Assembly (NCBI GenBank): GCA_963744115.1
Contig: CAVUSI010000002.1
Span: forward strand, 389,380 to 453,379
Length of the DNA stretch: 64,000 bases
Origin: an uncultured Chloroflexia bacterium
GTDB lineage: Bacteria > Chloroflexota > Limnocylindria > Limnocylindrales > CSP1-4
Direction: 5' to 3'
Notes under the pieces: generated by a model
Told to the model about the DNA's origin: nothing
Database searches by the model: none
What the model saw: the letters and a program-made list of their open reading frames with translations, nothing else
Position numbers and translations under genes: made by a program
Shown here: piece by piece, positions 9,701 through 17,737 of the stretch
How the letters are laid out: every line of letters begins with the position of its first letter
Position numbering within the stretch: position 1 is the stretch's first letter

Positions 9701-11062
9701 CACCAGGGCTGCCCGATGAGCCGCCATCCGGCGATGATCCTGCTCGCCGTGGAGGTCCGTGGTGACCTGGACGGCTTCGCCGCGCTCCTGGGCCAGGTAG
9801 AGCTCCTCGACCGTCCGCAGGCCGTCCGGCGTGCTGATCCGGGTCTCCGGCGCGAAGCAGGCGGTGTCGTTGAGGAACATGTACTCGGAGCACGGGTTGC
9901 TCGCGTAGATCCGGTCCGAGCTCGCGCTGGTGTGCCAGTCGTTGATCGTCGTGTCGTACTGGATGCCCGGGTCCCCGCACAGATGGGCCGCATCGGCCAT
10001 CCGGCGGAAGATGTCGCGCGCCTTGTAGGTGCCCATCGGGGCCCCGTCGACGACAGCGTGGGTGGTCCAGTCCGTGCCGTCGACCACGGCCTTCATGAAG
10101 TCGTCGGTCACCCGGACGCTGTGGTTCGCGTTCTGGAAGTAGACCGAGCCGTAGGCCTCACCCGTGAAGCTCGGGTCGTAGCCCATCTCGATCAGCGCCC
10201 AGGCCTTCTTCTCCTCGAGCATCTTCGAGTCGATGAAGTCGAGGACGTCCGGATGGTCCACGTCGAGGATGACCATCTTGGCCGCACGGCGGGTCTTGCC
10301 GCCCGACTTGACCACGCCGGCGAAGGCGTCGTAGCCCTTCATGAAGCTGACCGGGCCGGACGCCGTGCCGCCGCCCGACATCTTCTCCCTGGCCGACCGG
10401 ATCGGGGACAGGTTGCTGCCCGCGCCCGAGCCGAACTTGAACAGCATCGCCTCGGTCTTGGCCAGGTCCATGATCGAGCTCATCGAGTCCTGGACCGAGT
10501 TGATGAAGCAGGCCGAGCACTGCGGGCGCGGCTCGATCCCGACGTTGAACCAGACCGGCGAGTTGAAGCTCATCTTCTGGTGGACGAGCAGGTGGGTCAG
10601 CTCGGCCTGGAAGGCGCGGAGGTCCTCGTCGGTCGCGAAGTAGTGCTGTGTCTCCGCCCAGGCCGCGATCGTGTTGACGACCCGATCGATCAGCTGGCGG
10701 ACGCTCGTCTCGCGCTCGGGCGTGTTGAGATGCCCGCGGAAGTACTTGCTCACGACGACGTTGGTCGCGAGCTGGCTCCACGACTCCGGGACCTCGACGT
10801 CCTTCTGCTCGAAGACGAGCTTGCCCGACTCGTTGCCGATCGCCGCGGTCCGGGTCTCCCAGCGGATCTCGTCGTAGGGATGGACGCCGGGTCGCGTCCA
10901 GCGGCGCTCGAAGGTCAGGCCAGCGGCCGGCGTCCCATCGGGGTTCTGGCCGTTGAAGCTGACCCCATACGGTCCGTAGTTGCGGGCTCCGCTCTTGTCC
11001 TTGGCGCTCTTCCTGACGGGCTGATCCATGACCTGGACTCCCTGGACGACGGCTCGGGCCAT
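6758..11062 (-). CDS. nrdJ: adenosylcobalamin-dependent (class II) ribonucleotide reductase, intein-containing
   Basis: 1434-aa ORF with GGAGGAG 9 nt before ATG 11062. NPCSEYMF radical loop; TVNMP...AIYRDGSK; C-terminal linker with (NG)5 and a CxxC...CxxC zinc-finger tail (CAECGSIMVRNGSCYKCLNCG). Confidence 0.95.
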   Translation of the reverse strand: MARAVVQGVQVMDQPVRKSAKDKSGARNYGPYGVSFNGQNPDGTPAAGLTFERRWTRPGVHPYDEIRWETRTAAIGNESGKLVFEQKDVEVPESWSQLATNVVVSKYFRGHLNTPERETSVRQLIDRVVNTIAAWAETQHYFATDEDLRAFQAELTHLLVHQKMSFNSPVWFNVGIEPRPQCSACFINSVQDSMSSIMDLAKTEAMLFKFGSGAGSNLSPIRSAREKMSGGGTASGPVSFMKGYDAFAGVVKSGGKTRRAAKMVILDVDHPDVLDFIDSKMLEEKKAWALIEMGYDPSFTGEAYGSVYFQNANHSVRVTDDFMKAVVDGTDWTTHAVVDGAPMGTYKARDIFRRMADAAHLCGDPGIQYDTTINDWHTSASSDRIYASNPCSEYMFLNDTACFAPETRISTPDGLRTVEELYLAQERGEAVQVTTDLHGEQDHRRMAAHRAALVTLVGDRQVYRLTLADGRSIRATGDHRFLTDNGEWKRVDQLTPEVDRVAVRESGNTVRFESSAKDVRRWQMLGWMSADGVFTGDVAALAFGATEQATAQAMTEELEALLAEAHDGEDTVKDLERDLLGVTASAAANGIGGADDGGSTAVSTGRRANVSVHPNGTIAVSTRSGALVRMLEDRYGLRATAAAARRDVPTEVHRMPEDLKVAYLQGLFSADATVRTAGGAAGPEITLASTAPELVRSVQLVLADLGIASRIAWTGPEGTTGAQAHLHVYGEAARKFAALVGTPLSPEEQAKIHALMAHPFARGLANARAATVRSIVADGVETVYDVTEPVTHSLVAEGLIAHNCNLASLNLMKFVGEDGEFDVESYRYAAKLTITAQEILVDNASYPTPRIEENSHRFRPLGLGYANLGALLMSRGLAYDSDEGRDYAAALTAIMHGEAYRQSSVIARDHGGPFNDYQINREPFLRVIRKHRDAAYRIPADQAIPADMLAAARTVYDEALELGEVNGYRNAQVTVLAPTGTIAFMMDCDTTGIEPDIALIKYKKLVGEGFLKIVNQTVPAALKKLGYAPDQVEEILAYVNERETIEGAPHVKPEHLSVFDCAFKPVNGERSIHYMGHVRMMSAVQPFLSGAISKTVNMPEAATAEEIEEVYLEGWKLGLKAIAIYRDGSKRSQPLSTGKKKDDDAADAGVVADLKAQLAIAQAEAKKPHRHRLPAERTAVTHKFDVAGHEGYITVGLYPDGQPGEIFLKMAKEGSTVSGLMDTFATSVSLALQYGVPLRDLVNKFAHVRFEPSGFTGNQEIPIAKSIVDYIFRWMGSRFLPADERAQIGLIDRGAVVDSPAPFSFGGFGSTPTAPAVEEGPSAIDEAISAPPIDAPASAEPPADAPKATAVAAAPQAELPVIATNGHADPHTNGNGNGNGNGHALNAIAASLGTTKVSFTVQEDAPSCAECGSIMVRNGSCYKCLNCGSTSGCS
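8654..9859 (-). mobile_element. intein (402 aa) with LAGLIDADG homing-endonuclease domain inside nrdJ
   Basis: Residues 402-803. It starts CFAPETRIS, has block B IRATGDHRF and LAGLIDADG-like motifs LGWMSADGVF and YLQGLFSADATV, and ends VAEGLIAHN followed by the +1 Cys. Excision joins FLNDTA|CNLASLNL. Confidence 0.9.
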
Positions 11063-11414
11063 CTGTGCTCTCTCCTCCGACGATGTCGCTGGGCTGATGG
11101 GGGCTTCGAGGGCCGGTGCTCGGTGCCGCGTTCATCGGCGGCGATGCGGCGCCGACCCGCGTTCCGCGGAGCGGCGGTCTGTGACCTCGGCCGCGATCGG
11201 TGCGGCCGGGGCTGGGGCGGCGGGGCTGATCAGGCGCGAGGCCCGTGGTCTCGGATCCCGGTCCGAGGGTGGCGAGGCTGGTCCGGACCGTAGCTGCGAC
11301 CGTGCCTCCATCGATAGGCCGTTCGGGGCGGGTTCCCGAGTGTCCGTCGGGTCGCGATGCGGCGATCCGAGCGGCGGTCCGGGCTGTGACTCCCAGCAAG
11401 CGAACGACCCGTCT

Positions 11415-11444
11415 ACTGTACTGCTCGACGCGGACGGGCGTCAA
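11415..11444 (-). promoter_or_regulatory. candidate nrdJ promoter (TTGACG-18 nt-TACAGT)
   Basis: Minus-strand TTGACG (11444..11439) and TACAGT (11420..11415), immediately downstream of the NrdR-like boxes. Implies a leader of about 345 nt. Confidence 0.3.
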
Positions 11445-11451
11445 GCCGAAA

Positions 11452-11467
11452 ACACAAGATGTAGTGG
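11452..11467 (-). promoter_or_regulatory. NrdR-box-like operator (proximal)
   Basis: Minus strand CCACTACATCTTGTGT matches about 13/16 positions of the NrdR consensus as I recall it (acaCwAtATaTwGtgt). It sits in a local low-GC patch. Confidence 0.55.
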
Positions 11468-11484
11468 TACGTTCGGCCTACCGA

Positions 11485-11500
11485 CCGCTACATGATGTGC
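11485..11500 (-). promoter_or_regulatory. NrdR-box-like operator (distal, weaker)
   Basis: Minus strand GCACATCATGTAGCGG matches about 10/16 positions. Its centre is 33 bp from the proximal box (about three helical turns). Confidence 0.4.
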
Positions 11501-11795
11501 CTGTGGACGAAATGGCGTCCGGGCGTGGACAAGCTCGCCGGGAGCGTGGACGACCCCGATCCCGGCGTGGAAACGATGTGGATAGGTACGTTCTGCCGCT
11601 TCCGCCAGCGCTCCGAGTGAGGACCCGGGCCGGGGGCCATCCGCGGTGGGCCGGGCCGGGCAGAGGCGGGCCATTTCGAACAGGTGAGCGGTATCGTCCG
11701 GTCGGGCGGCGGTTCGGGCGGCCACAACAGGATCGAGGCTCTGGTGGCACTCAGCGCGCCGAGCGACCCGCGGTCGGGCGCCCGCGACGGAGCCC

Positions 11796-12707
11796 CTAGC
11801 GGCCGAAGCGGCGGGCGCGCTGCTGATAGGTGCGGATGGCGCGGAGGAAGTCGATCTCGCGGAAGGCGGGCCAGTAGGCCTCGGCGAAGTGGTACTCGGC
11901 GTAGACGCTCTGCCACGGCAGGAAGCCGGACAGGCGGACCTCGCCGGAGGTCCGGATGATCAGGTCCGGGTCGCTCGAGCCGTGGGTGTAGAGGTGGGCG
12001 GCCAGGGCATCGGCGGTCAGGGCGTCGGGGATCTCGGCGGGCGGCGTCCCGGCGTCCACGGCGTCCCGGACGGTCGCCCGAAAGGCCTCGAGCAGCTCGT
12101 CCCGGCCGGAGTAGGCGAGGGCGATCGTGACCGCCATCGCGCCATCTTCGCGCGACAGGGCGGCGGACCGTTCGACGACGGCGGCCAGCCCCTCCGGCAA
12201 GAGATCCCGTCGCCCGATCACCCGCAGGTGGATGGGCAGCCGGGTCTTCCGCCGGCCCTCGGCGATCGCGGCGATGGCGTCGGCCGCGACCTCGGTGATC
12301 GTCCCGACCTCCTGCTCGGGGCGTTCGAGATTCTCGATCGACAGGGCCCACAGGGTGATCTCGCGGATCCCGAGGCCGGCGCACCAGTCGATGAGCTCGA
12401 GTGCCTTCTCCGCGCCCGCCCGGTGACCGGCACCCGGGTCGTCCAGACCTTCGGCTGTGGCCCAGCGGCGGTTGCCATCCATGATCACCGCGACGTGCGC
12501 CGGTCGCGGATGCGCCATGACCGCCGCCTCGAGCCGGGTGACGTAGAACGCGTAGACGGGCGTCAAGGCGATGTCGCGGGTGCGCCGGTAGAGCGGTCCG
12601 AGGCTGGCGCGGACGGACTCGGTCACGGTTCGGCGCGTCCGCGTCGGGCCCGCCGCTCGGGGCAACGCCGCAGGCGGCGGTTCAGGCGGATCCATCGGTC
12701 GGGTCAC
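11796..12707 (-). CDS. uppS: isoprenyl transferase (undecaprenyl/decaprenyl diphosphate synthase family)
   Basis: ORF 11796..12851. HVAVIMDGNRRWA...LWALSIENLERP...IRTSGEVRLSGFLPWQ. GTG 12707 has GGAG 7 nt upstream (ATG 12695 is the alternative). Confidence 0.9.
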   Translation of the reverse strand: MTRPMDPPEPPPAALPRAAGPTRTRRTVTESVRASLGPLYRRTRDIALTPVYAFYVTRLEAAVMAHPRPAHVAVIMDGNRRWATAEGLDDPGAGHRAGAEKALELIDWCAGLGIREITLWALSIENLERPEQEVGTITEVAADAIAAIAEGRRKTRLPIHLRVIGRRDLLPEGLAAVVERSAALSREDGAMAVTIALAYSGRDELLEAFRATVRDAVDAGTPPAEIPDALTADALAAHLYTHGSSDPDLIIRTSGEVRLSGFLPWQSVYAEYHFAEAYWPAFREIDFLRAIRTYQQRARRFGR

Positions 12708-12830
12708 GGGCGCACTCCGTTCGGTCGACGTCGGCTCAGTGTCGCACCAGCGTCTGGTCGACGCGCGACCCCCGCCGATTGGTGCGCCGCCGGTCTTTCG
12801 CTCAGCCCAGCGACGAAGTTCGTCCAGAAA

Positions 12831-12883
12831 TCTTGACAAAGTCGGGGACACGTGGAAAGTTTGTAAAGAGTCTTGGCAAAGTC
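12831..12883. promoter_or_regulatory. repeated operator-like motif in the uppS/ROK divergent region
   Basis: TCTTGACAAAGTC (12831-12843) and TCTTGGCAAAGTC (12871-12883) are direct repeats 40 bp apart. An inverted ACAAACTTT-like copy lies between them. Low-GC patch. The first copy contains a perfect TTGACA. Confidence 0.4.
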
Positions 12884-12937
12884 CCCCGGCTCGACGCCGT
12901 CCGGACCGCCCCGACCCGAGGAGGAGTCCGACGCCGC

Positions 12938-14155
12938 ATGGCCTTCCCGACCAAGGCGACGCACCAGCAGACCCGGGCGTTCAATTCGGCGCTCGTCCTT
13001 CGCGCCCTGTACGACTTCGGGCCGATCAGCCGGGCCGACATCGCCCGCCTGAGCGGCCTGACCAGGACGACCGTCGGCGAGGTCGTCGCCCAGCTGATGG
13101 CGGACGGCCTGGCGCGGGAGGTCGGTCGGGGTCCGTCGACCGGGGGCAAGGCGCCGACGCTCGTCGAGCTCATCGACGACGCGCGGCAGGTGATCGCGCT
13201 CGACCTCGGGGAGCAGGTCTTCCGGGCGGCGATCGTGGACCTCCGGGGGCAGGTCCAGCGCGTCGTCGAGCGACCGGTCGAGGGTCTCGACGGACGCCAG
13301 GCGCTGGCGCTCGTCTACGAGCTCGTCGACGAGCTGGCCGCCGCCGCCGGCGATGCGCTGCTGGGCATCGGTGTCGGCACCCCGGGGATCGTCGACGCGA
13401 CGACCGGCACGATCCGCTGGGCGGTCAACCTCGACTGGCAGGACCTGCCGCTCGGCGACCTCCTGCGCGAGCGATACGGCGTCCCCGCCGAGCTGGCGAA
13501 CGACAGCCGCGCCGCAGCCCTTGCCATCCAGCTGTTCAGCGACGCGCGGACGACCGCCCCGCGCGCCGCGAACCTCGTGGCGATCAAGGTCGGTCGCGGC
13601 ATCGGGGCGGGTGTCGTCCTGCGCGGCGAGCTGTTCCACGGCGACGGGTTCGGCGCCGGCGAGATCGGCCATACGGTCGTCGACGAAGACGGCGCCGAGT
13701 GCCGCTGCGGTCGCTTCGGGTGCCTGGAGACCGTCGCCAGCTCGCGGGCGATCGTCGCTCGGGCGACCGAGGTCGCGAAGGAGCGGCCGGACTCCGCGCT
13801 CGGTCGGCGGCTGGCGCAGGCCGGGGCGCTCACGCTCGGCGACGTGAAGATCGAGCTTGATGCGGGTGACGAGGACGCGCGACGCGTCGTGGTGGCGGCG
13901 GGGCGGTACCTCGGACAGGCCGTCGCCGCGGTGATCGGCATGCTCGACGTCGAGCTCATCGTGCTCCACGGCAGCGTCGCCCAGCTCGGTGAGCCCTGGC
14001 TGTCGGCGGTGCGCGACGAGGCCGGGCGACGGTCGCTCGGGCTCCTGTCGCGCGAGACCACGATCGAGCTCGCGCCGCCGATCGGCGACTTCGTGATCAT
14101 GGGCGCATCCGCGCTGCTCATCACCGCCGAGCTCGGTCTGACGGTCGGGCGATGA
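12938..14155 (+). CDS. ROK family transcriptional regulator (N-terminal wHTH + ROK sugar-binding domain)
   Basis: ORF 12779..14155 with GGAGGAG before ATG 12938. HTH ISRADIARLSGLTRTTVGEVVAQL; ROK motifs GIGVGTPGIVD and a CRCGRFGCLE zinc site. Confidence 0.85.
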   Translation: MAFPTKATHQQTRAFNSALVLRALYDFGPISRADIARLSGLTRTTVGEVVAQLMADGLAREVGRGPSTGGKAPTLVELIDDARQVIALDLGEQVFRAAIVDLRGQVQRVVERPVEGLDGRQALALVYELVDELAAAAGDALLGIGVGTPGIVDATTGTIRWAVNLDWQDLPLGDLLRERYGVPAELANDSRAAALAIQLFSDARTTAPRAANLVAIKVGRGIGAGVVLRGELFHGDGFGAGEIGHTVVDEDGAECRCGRFGCLETVASSRAIVARATEVAKERPDSALGRRLAQAGALTLGDVKIELDAGDEDARRVVVAAGRYLGQAVAAVIGMLDVELIVLHGSVAQLGEPWLSAVRDEAGRRSLGLLSRETTIELAPPIGDFVIMGASALLITAELGLTVGR

Positions 14156-15246
14156 ACGACCGCGCGATGGACGTCCCGGCCGATCCCTCGCACGCCGACG
14201 ACCTCGACGGCCAGGGACCGCGCCCGGCGGACAGCCGACCGCTCCTGGTCGGCGTGGACGTGGGCGGGACGAAGATCGCCGTCCTCATCGTCGATCGCGC
14301 CGGTCGGGTGCGCGGCCGACAGGTCGCACCGACCGCGATCGGCGAACAGCAGCACGCCGTTGAGGCGGTGGCCCTGGTCGTCGAGCAGGGTCTCCGGGGC
14401 TCCGGCGCCACGCTGGACGACGTCGCCGCGGTGGGTGTCGGCGTCCCGGGCCGCGTCGACCCGCTGAGCGGGACCGTGACCCTCGCGGTCAACCTCGGCT
14501 GGTCGGACCTTCCGCTCGGAGATCAGCTGGAGGCGCGTCTCGGGCGCCCGTGCTTCCTCGAGAACGATGTGCGCGCCGCCGCGCTCGGCCTGCATCGCCG
14601 TCGGGTGGTCGGCGGTGTCGAGGACCTGGCGTATGTCGCCGTTGGCACGGGCGTGTCCGCCGGGGTCATCCTGCGTGGCGAGCTCCATCGCGGCGTCCGC
14701 GGACTGGCCGGCGAGATCGGCCACGTCATCGCGGCGTCGGACGGTCCCGTCTGCTCGTGCGGTGAGCGGGGTTGCCTGGAAGCGTTCGTGTCCGGACCCG
14801 CGATCGCCCGCGACGCCCGGACGGCGATCGCGGCCGGGACACCGAGCCGGCTGGCCACGATCCCCGAACCGACGTCGGTCGACGTCTACGCGGCCGCGGT
14901 CGACGGCGACGAGCTTGCCGTCGGGATCGCCGAGGCGGTCGGTCGGCGCCTCGCCTGGGCCGTCCATCTCCTGGTCATGACCTACGACGTCGAGCGCGTC
15001 GTCCTTGGGGGTGGCGTGAGCCACGCCGGCGCGACCTTCCTGTCCCCCATCCACCGCGAGCTCGACCGGCTCCGCCGGTCCTCGGCACTCGCCCGGGAAC
15101 AGCTCGCTCCAGGCATCGTCGAGCTGCTTCCGACCGGCGCCGAGGCCGGGGCATGGGGAGCCGTCACGATCGCCCGTCTGGCCCTCGAGGAGGAGTCGGC
15201 CAGGGGCGGGATCCCGCGGAGGGAGGTGGGCCACGCCCCGCACTGA
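14152..15246 (+). CDS. ROK family sugar kinase (glucokinase/N-acetylglucosamine kinase-like)
   Basis: ORF 14152..15246 with an ATGA overlap. No HTH. ATP motif VGVDVGGTKIAV and CSCGERGCLEAF zinc motif. Confidence 0.8.
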   Translation: MNDRAMDVPADPSHADDLDGQGPRPADSRPLLVGVDVGGTKIAVLIVDRAGRVRGRQVAPTAIGEQQHAVEAVALVVEQGLRGSGATLDDVAAVGVGVPGRVDPLSGTVTLAVNLGWSDLPLGDQLEARLGRPCFLENDVRAAALGLHRRRVVGGVEDLAYVAVGTGVSAGVILRGELHRGVRGLAGEIGHVIAASDGPVCSCGERGCLEAFVSGPAIARDARTAIAAGTPSRLATIPEPTSVDVYAAAVDGDELAVGIAEAVGRRLAWAVHLLVMTYDVERVVLGGGVSHAGATFLSPIHRELDRLRRSSALAREQLAPGIVELLPTGAEAGAWGAVTIARLALEEESARGGIPRREVGHAPH

Positions 15247-15319
15247 TCGATCGACCCCGGTGGTCCTGCTGACCGCCACATCGTCCATCCAGCCATCGAA
15301 GGAACCTTGGAGGAGGAGC

Positions 15320-16735
15320 ATGTCCACTCGAAAGATCCTCGCTCTCGGAGCGGTCATCGCCATCCTGGCGGCGGCCTGCGGGAGCTCGTCGACGACCCCG
15401 TCCGCAGAGGCTCCGACGACCGCTCCGGCGACCGCTACAGCGACGCCGGCGGCATCGGGCGGCGCCTCGTCGGCAGCCCCGTCCGAGGCGGCCGCCAGCC
15501 CGACCGCGCTGCCGGTCGATCCGGCGGAGGCCGTGATCAAGGGCGTCGAGTCCGGCGCCACGATCGACTTCTGGACCTACTACCTGTCGCCGACGTTCGA
15601 CGACTACATCAAGGAGACGATCGCCCGCTTCGAGGCGACCTACCCGGGTGTCACGGTCAACTGGACCGACCATCAGGCCACGTTCCAGCAGGACCTGAAC
15701 AGCGCGTTCGCGGCCGGCAACGCCCCGGACGTGATCAACCTGTCGGTCGGTGAGGGCTGGGTCGCCGACTACGCCTCGAAGGGCCTCCTCCTGCCGCTCG
15801 ACGACAAGGTCCCGGCCGACGTCCAGAGCATCTACTTCCCCGGGCTGTGGAAGTCGCAGCTCGTCGACGGCAAGAACTTCCAGTTCCCGTGGTACCAGAG
15901 CATCGCCACGGAGCTCATCAACAAGCGCCTCTACGAGGCCACCGGTCTCACCGTCGCCGACTTCCCGAAGACGATCGACGGCCTGCCCGACCTGTGCAAG
16001 AAGGTCGTCGATCCCGGGAAGTCGCTCTGCACGCTGCGCCTGTCGGTCAACGATCTCCTGGCCCAGATGGTCTACGAGGGCAACGTCAAGGTCATCAGCG
16101 ACGACGGCAAGACCTTCACCTTCGACTCGGCCGACGCCGTCAGCTGGCTGCAGATGTACGTGGACATGGTCAAGGCCGGGACCGTCGATACGGGCATCCT
16201 GACCGCCAATGAGGACCGTCTCGGTCTCGCCACGTTCTCGAGCGGCCAGTCGCCGTTCTGGCAGACCGCCCCGAACCTGATCCGCGTCGTCAAGTCGGAC
16301 AACGCGACGCTCTACGACGACCTCGCGGTCGTGCCGGCGCCGGTCGGCAAGTCGGGCGTCGTCGGCAAGGGCTCGATGGGGATCTCGGTCAAGGCCGATA
16401 CCAAGTACCCGAACGCCTCGATCGCGCTCGCGCAGTTCTTCACCAACCCGCGGAGCATGGTCGACTTCGCCAAGCGAGTCTCGATCTACCCATCGTCACC
16501 GTCCGCCTACGACGACCCCTTCTTCTCGGCAGCTCCCACGGCCGTCGAGGACAGCGCCAAGCCGATCGCCAAGGACATCGTGTCCAAGTACGCGGACATC
16601 GTGCCGACGATCCCCAAGAAGGCCGACGTCAACCAGATCGTGCTCAACCAGATCGAGCTGGCGCTGGCCGGCAAGGTCACGGCCCAGCAGGCCCTGACCG
16701 ATGCCGTGACCCAGGCCAATGCCCTGATCAAGTAG
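15320..16735 (+). CDS. ABC transporter extracellular sugar-binding lipoprotein (family 1 SBP)
   Basis: ORF 15260..16735 with GGAGGAGGAG before ATG 15320. Lipoprotein-type signal ...AILAAACGSS. Confidence 0.9.
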   Translation: MSTRKILALGAVIAILAAACGSSSTTPSAEAPTTAPATATATPAASGGASSAAPSEAAASPTALPVDPAEAVIKGVESGATIDFWTYYLSPTFDDYIKETIARFEATYPGVTVNWTDHQATFQQDLNSAFAAGNAPDVINLSVGEGWVADYASKGLLLPLDDKVPADVQSIYFPGLWKSQLVDGKNFQFPWYQSIATELINKRLYEATGLTVADFPKTIDGLPDLCKKVVDPGKSLCTLRLSVNDLLAQMVYEGNVKVISDDGKTFTFDSADAVSWLQMYVDMVKAGTVDTGILTANEDRLGLATFSSGQSPFWQTAPNLIRVVKSDNATLYDDLAVVPAPVGKSGVVGKGSMGISVKADTKYPNASIALAQFFTNPRSMVDFAKRVSIYPSSPSAYDDPFFSAAPTAVEDSAKPIAKDIVSKYADIVPTIPKKADVNQIVLNQIELALAGKVTAQQALTDAVTQANALIK

Positions 16736-16775
16736 CCGTCCGACCCGGTCCGTTCCCCCCGAGGCCGGGTCTCCG

Positions 16776-16811
16776 CTGGCCCTCTCCCGTTCCCACGCGG
16801 GAGGGGGCCAG
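16776..16811 (+). other. 14-bp stem hairpin between the SBP and permease genes (intra-operon attenuator/stabiliser candidate)
   Basis: ctggccctctcccg-ttcccacg-cgggagggggccag, with one G-U pair. Confidence 0.4.
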
Positions 16812-16861
16812 CACTACCATCGTCGGCGCCGATCCACGACGACCGCCCTGACTGGGATGCG

Positions 16862-17737
16862 ATGACCCGCAAGCTGACCGCGACGCCCTACCTCTTCCTC
16901 GCCCCGGCGCTCGCCCTGCTCGGGGTCTTCGTCTTGTACCCGATCGTCGCCGTCGTCTTCTACAGCTTCACCGACTACGACATCGTCCGGCCGCCCGTAC
17001 CCGTGGGCCTGGCCAACTACCAGCACCTGGTCGCCGACCCGACCTTCTGGCTGGCCCTGACCCACTCGTTCGTGTACCTGATGGTGACGCCGATCATCAT
17101 CGGGCTGTCGATCGTCCTGGCCATCGCCGTGAACCGGCAGCTGCGCGGGATCCACATCTTCCGGGCGCTGTACTTCGTGCCGGCGGTCAGCGGAAGCATC
17201 GCGATCGGGCTGACCTGGCGCTGGCTGTTCGAGCGGACCGGCCTCATCAACAGCGTCCTGCTGTCGTGGGGCTGGATCGACCGCCCGGTCCAGTGGCTCA
17301 ACACTCCGGAGTTCGTCCTGCCGATCGCCATGCTGCTGACGATCTGGGCCGGGTTCGGCTACTACGCGGTGATCTTCCTGGCCGGGCTCCAGAACATCCC
17401 CGAGGAGTTGTACGACGCCGCCCGGATCGACGGCTGCACCGACTTCCAGAAGCACTGGCATATCAGCCTGCCGGGCCTGCGCCCGCAGATCGTGTTCGTG
17501 GCGGTCATCTCCAGCCTGGCCGCCCTGAAGGTGTTCGACGAGATCTACGTCCTGACCAACCGGACGGGCGGGTTCCTCGACAGCGGCGTGACGATGGTCT
17601 TCTACCTCTGGAAGCAGGCCTTCCAGCTCCAGCACGCCGGGTACGCCTCGGCGATCGCGATCGCGCTGCTGGCGATCACGCTGCTGTTCTCCGTGGTCAA
17701 CGTCCGGATCCTGGAGCGGGGCCAGAACGACACATGA
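16862..17737 (+). CDS. carbohydrate ABC transporter permease (MalF/UgpA-like)
   Basis: ORF 16862..17737. Six TM segments and a BPD_transp_1-type loop AARIDGCTDFQKHWHISLPGLRP. Confidence 0.9.
   Translation: MTRKLTATPYLFLAPALALLGVFVLYPIVAVVFYSFTDYDIVRPPVPVGLANYQHLVADPTFWLALTHSFVYLMVTPIIIGLSIVLAIAVNRQLRGIHIFRALYFVPAVSGSIAIGLTWRWLFERTGLINSVLLSWGWIDRPVQWLNTPEFVLPIAMLLTIWAGFGYYAVIFLAGLQNIPEELYDAARIDGCTDFQKHWHISLPGLRPQIVFVAVISSLAALKVFDEIYVLTNRTGGFLDSGVTMVFYLWKQAFQLQHAGYASAIAIALLAITLLFSVVNVRILERGQNDT

Noticed and set aside
7322-11293. 1323-aa plus-strand ORF antisense to nrdJ. Similar giants occur at 13315..15561(-), 18623..21007(-), 31622..34327(-), 37949..40447(-), 42245..44539(+) and 57493..59709 (upstream half).
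   Set aside because: The translations are Arg/Gly/Pro/Asp-rich low-complexity text with no recognisable domains. Each lies opposite to, or out of frame with, a gene that has clear homology and GC3 periodicity. These are typical stop-codon-poor shadow ORFs of a >70% GC genome.
11063-11410. Cobalamin riboswitch in the long nrdJ leader.
   Set aside because: I could not find the B12-box or the GGTG...GCCACTG core. B12 riboswitches normally repress B12-independent RNRs, not the B12-dependent nrdJ.
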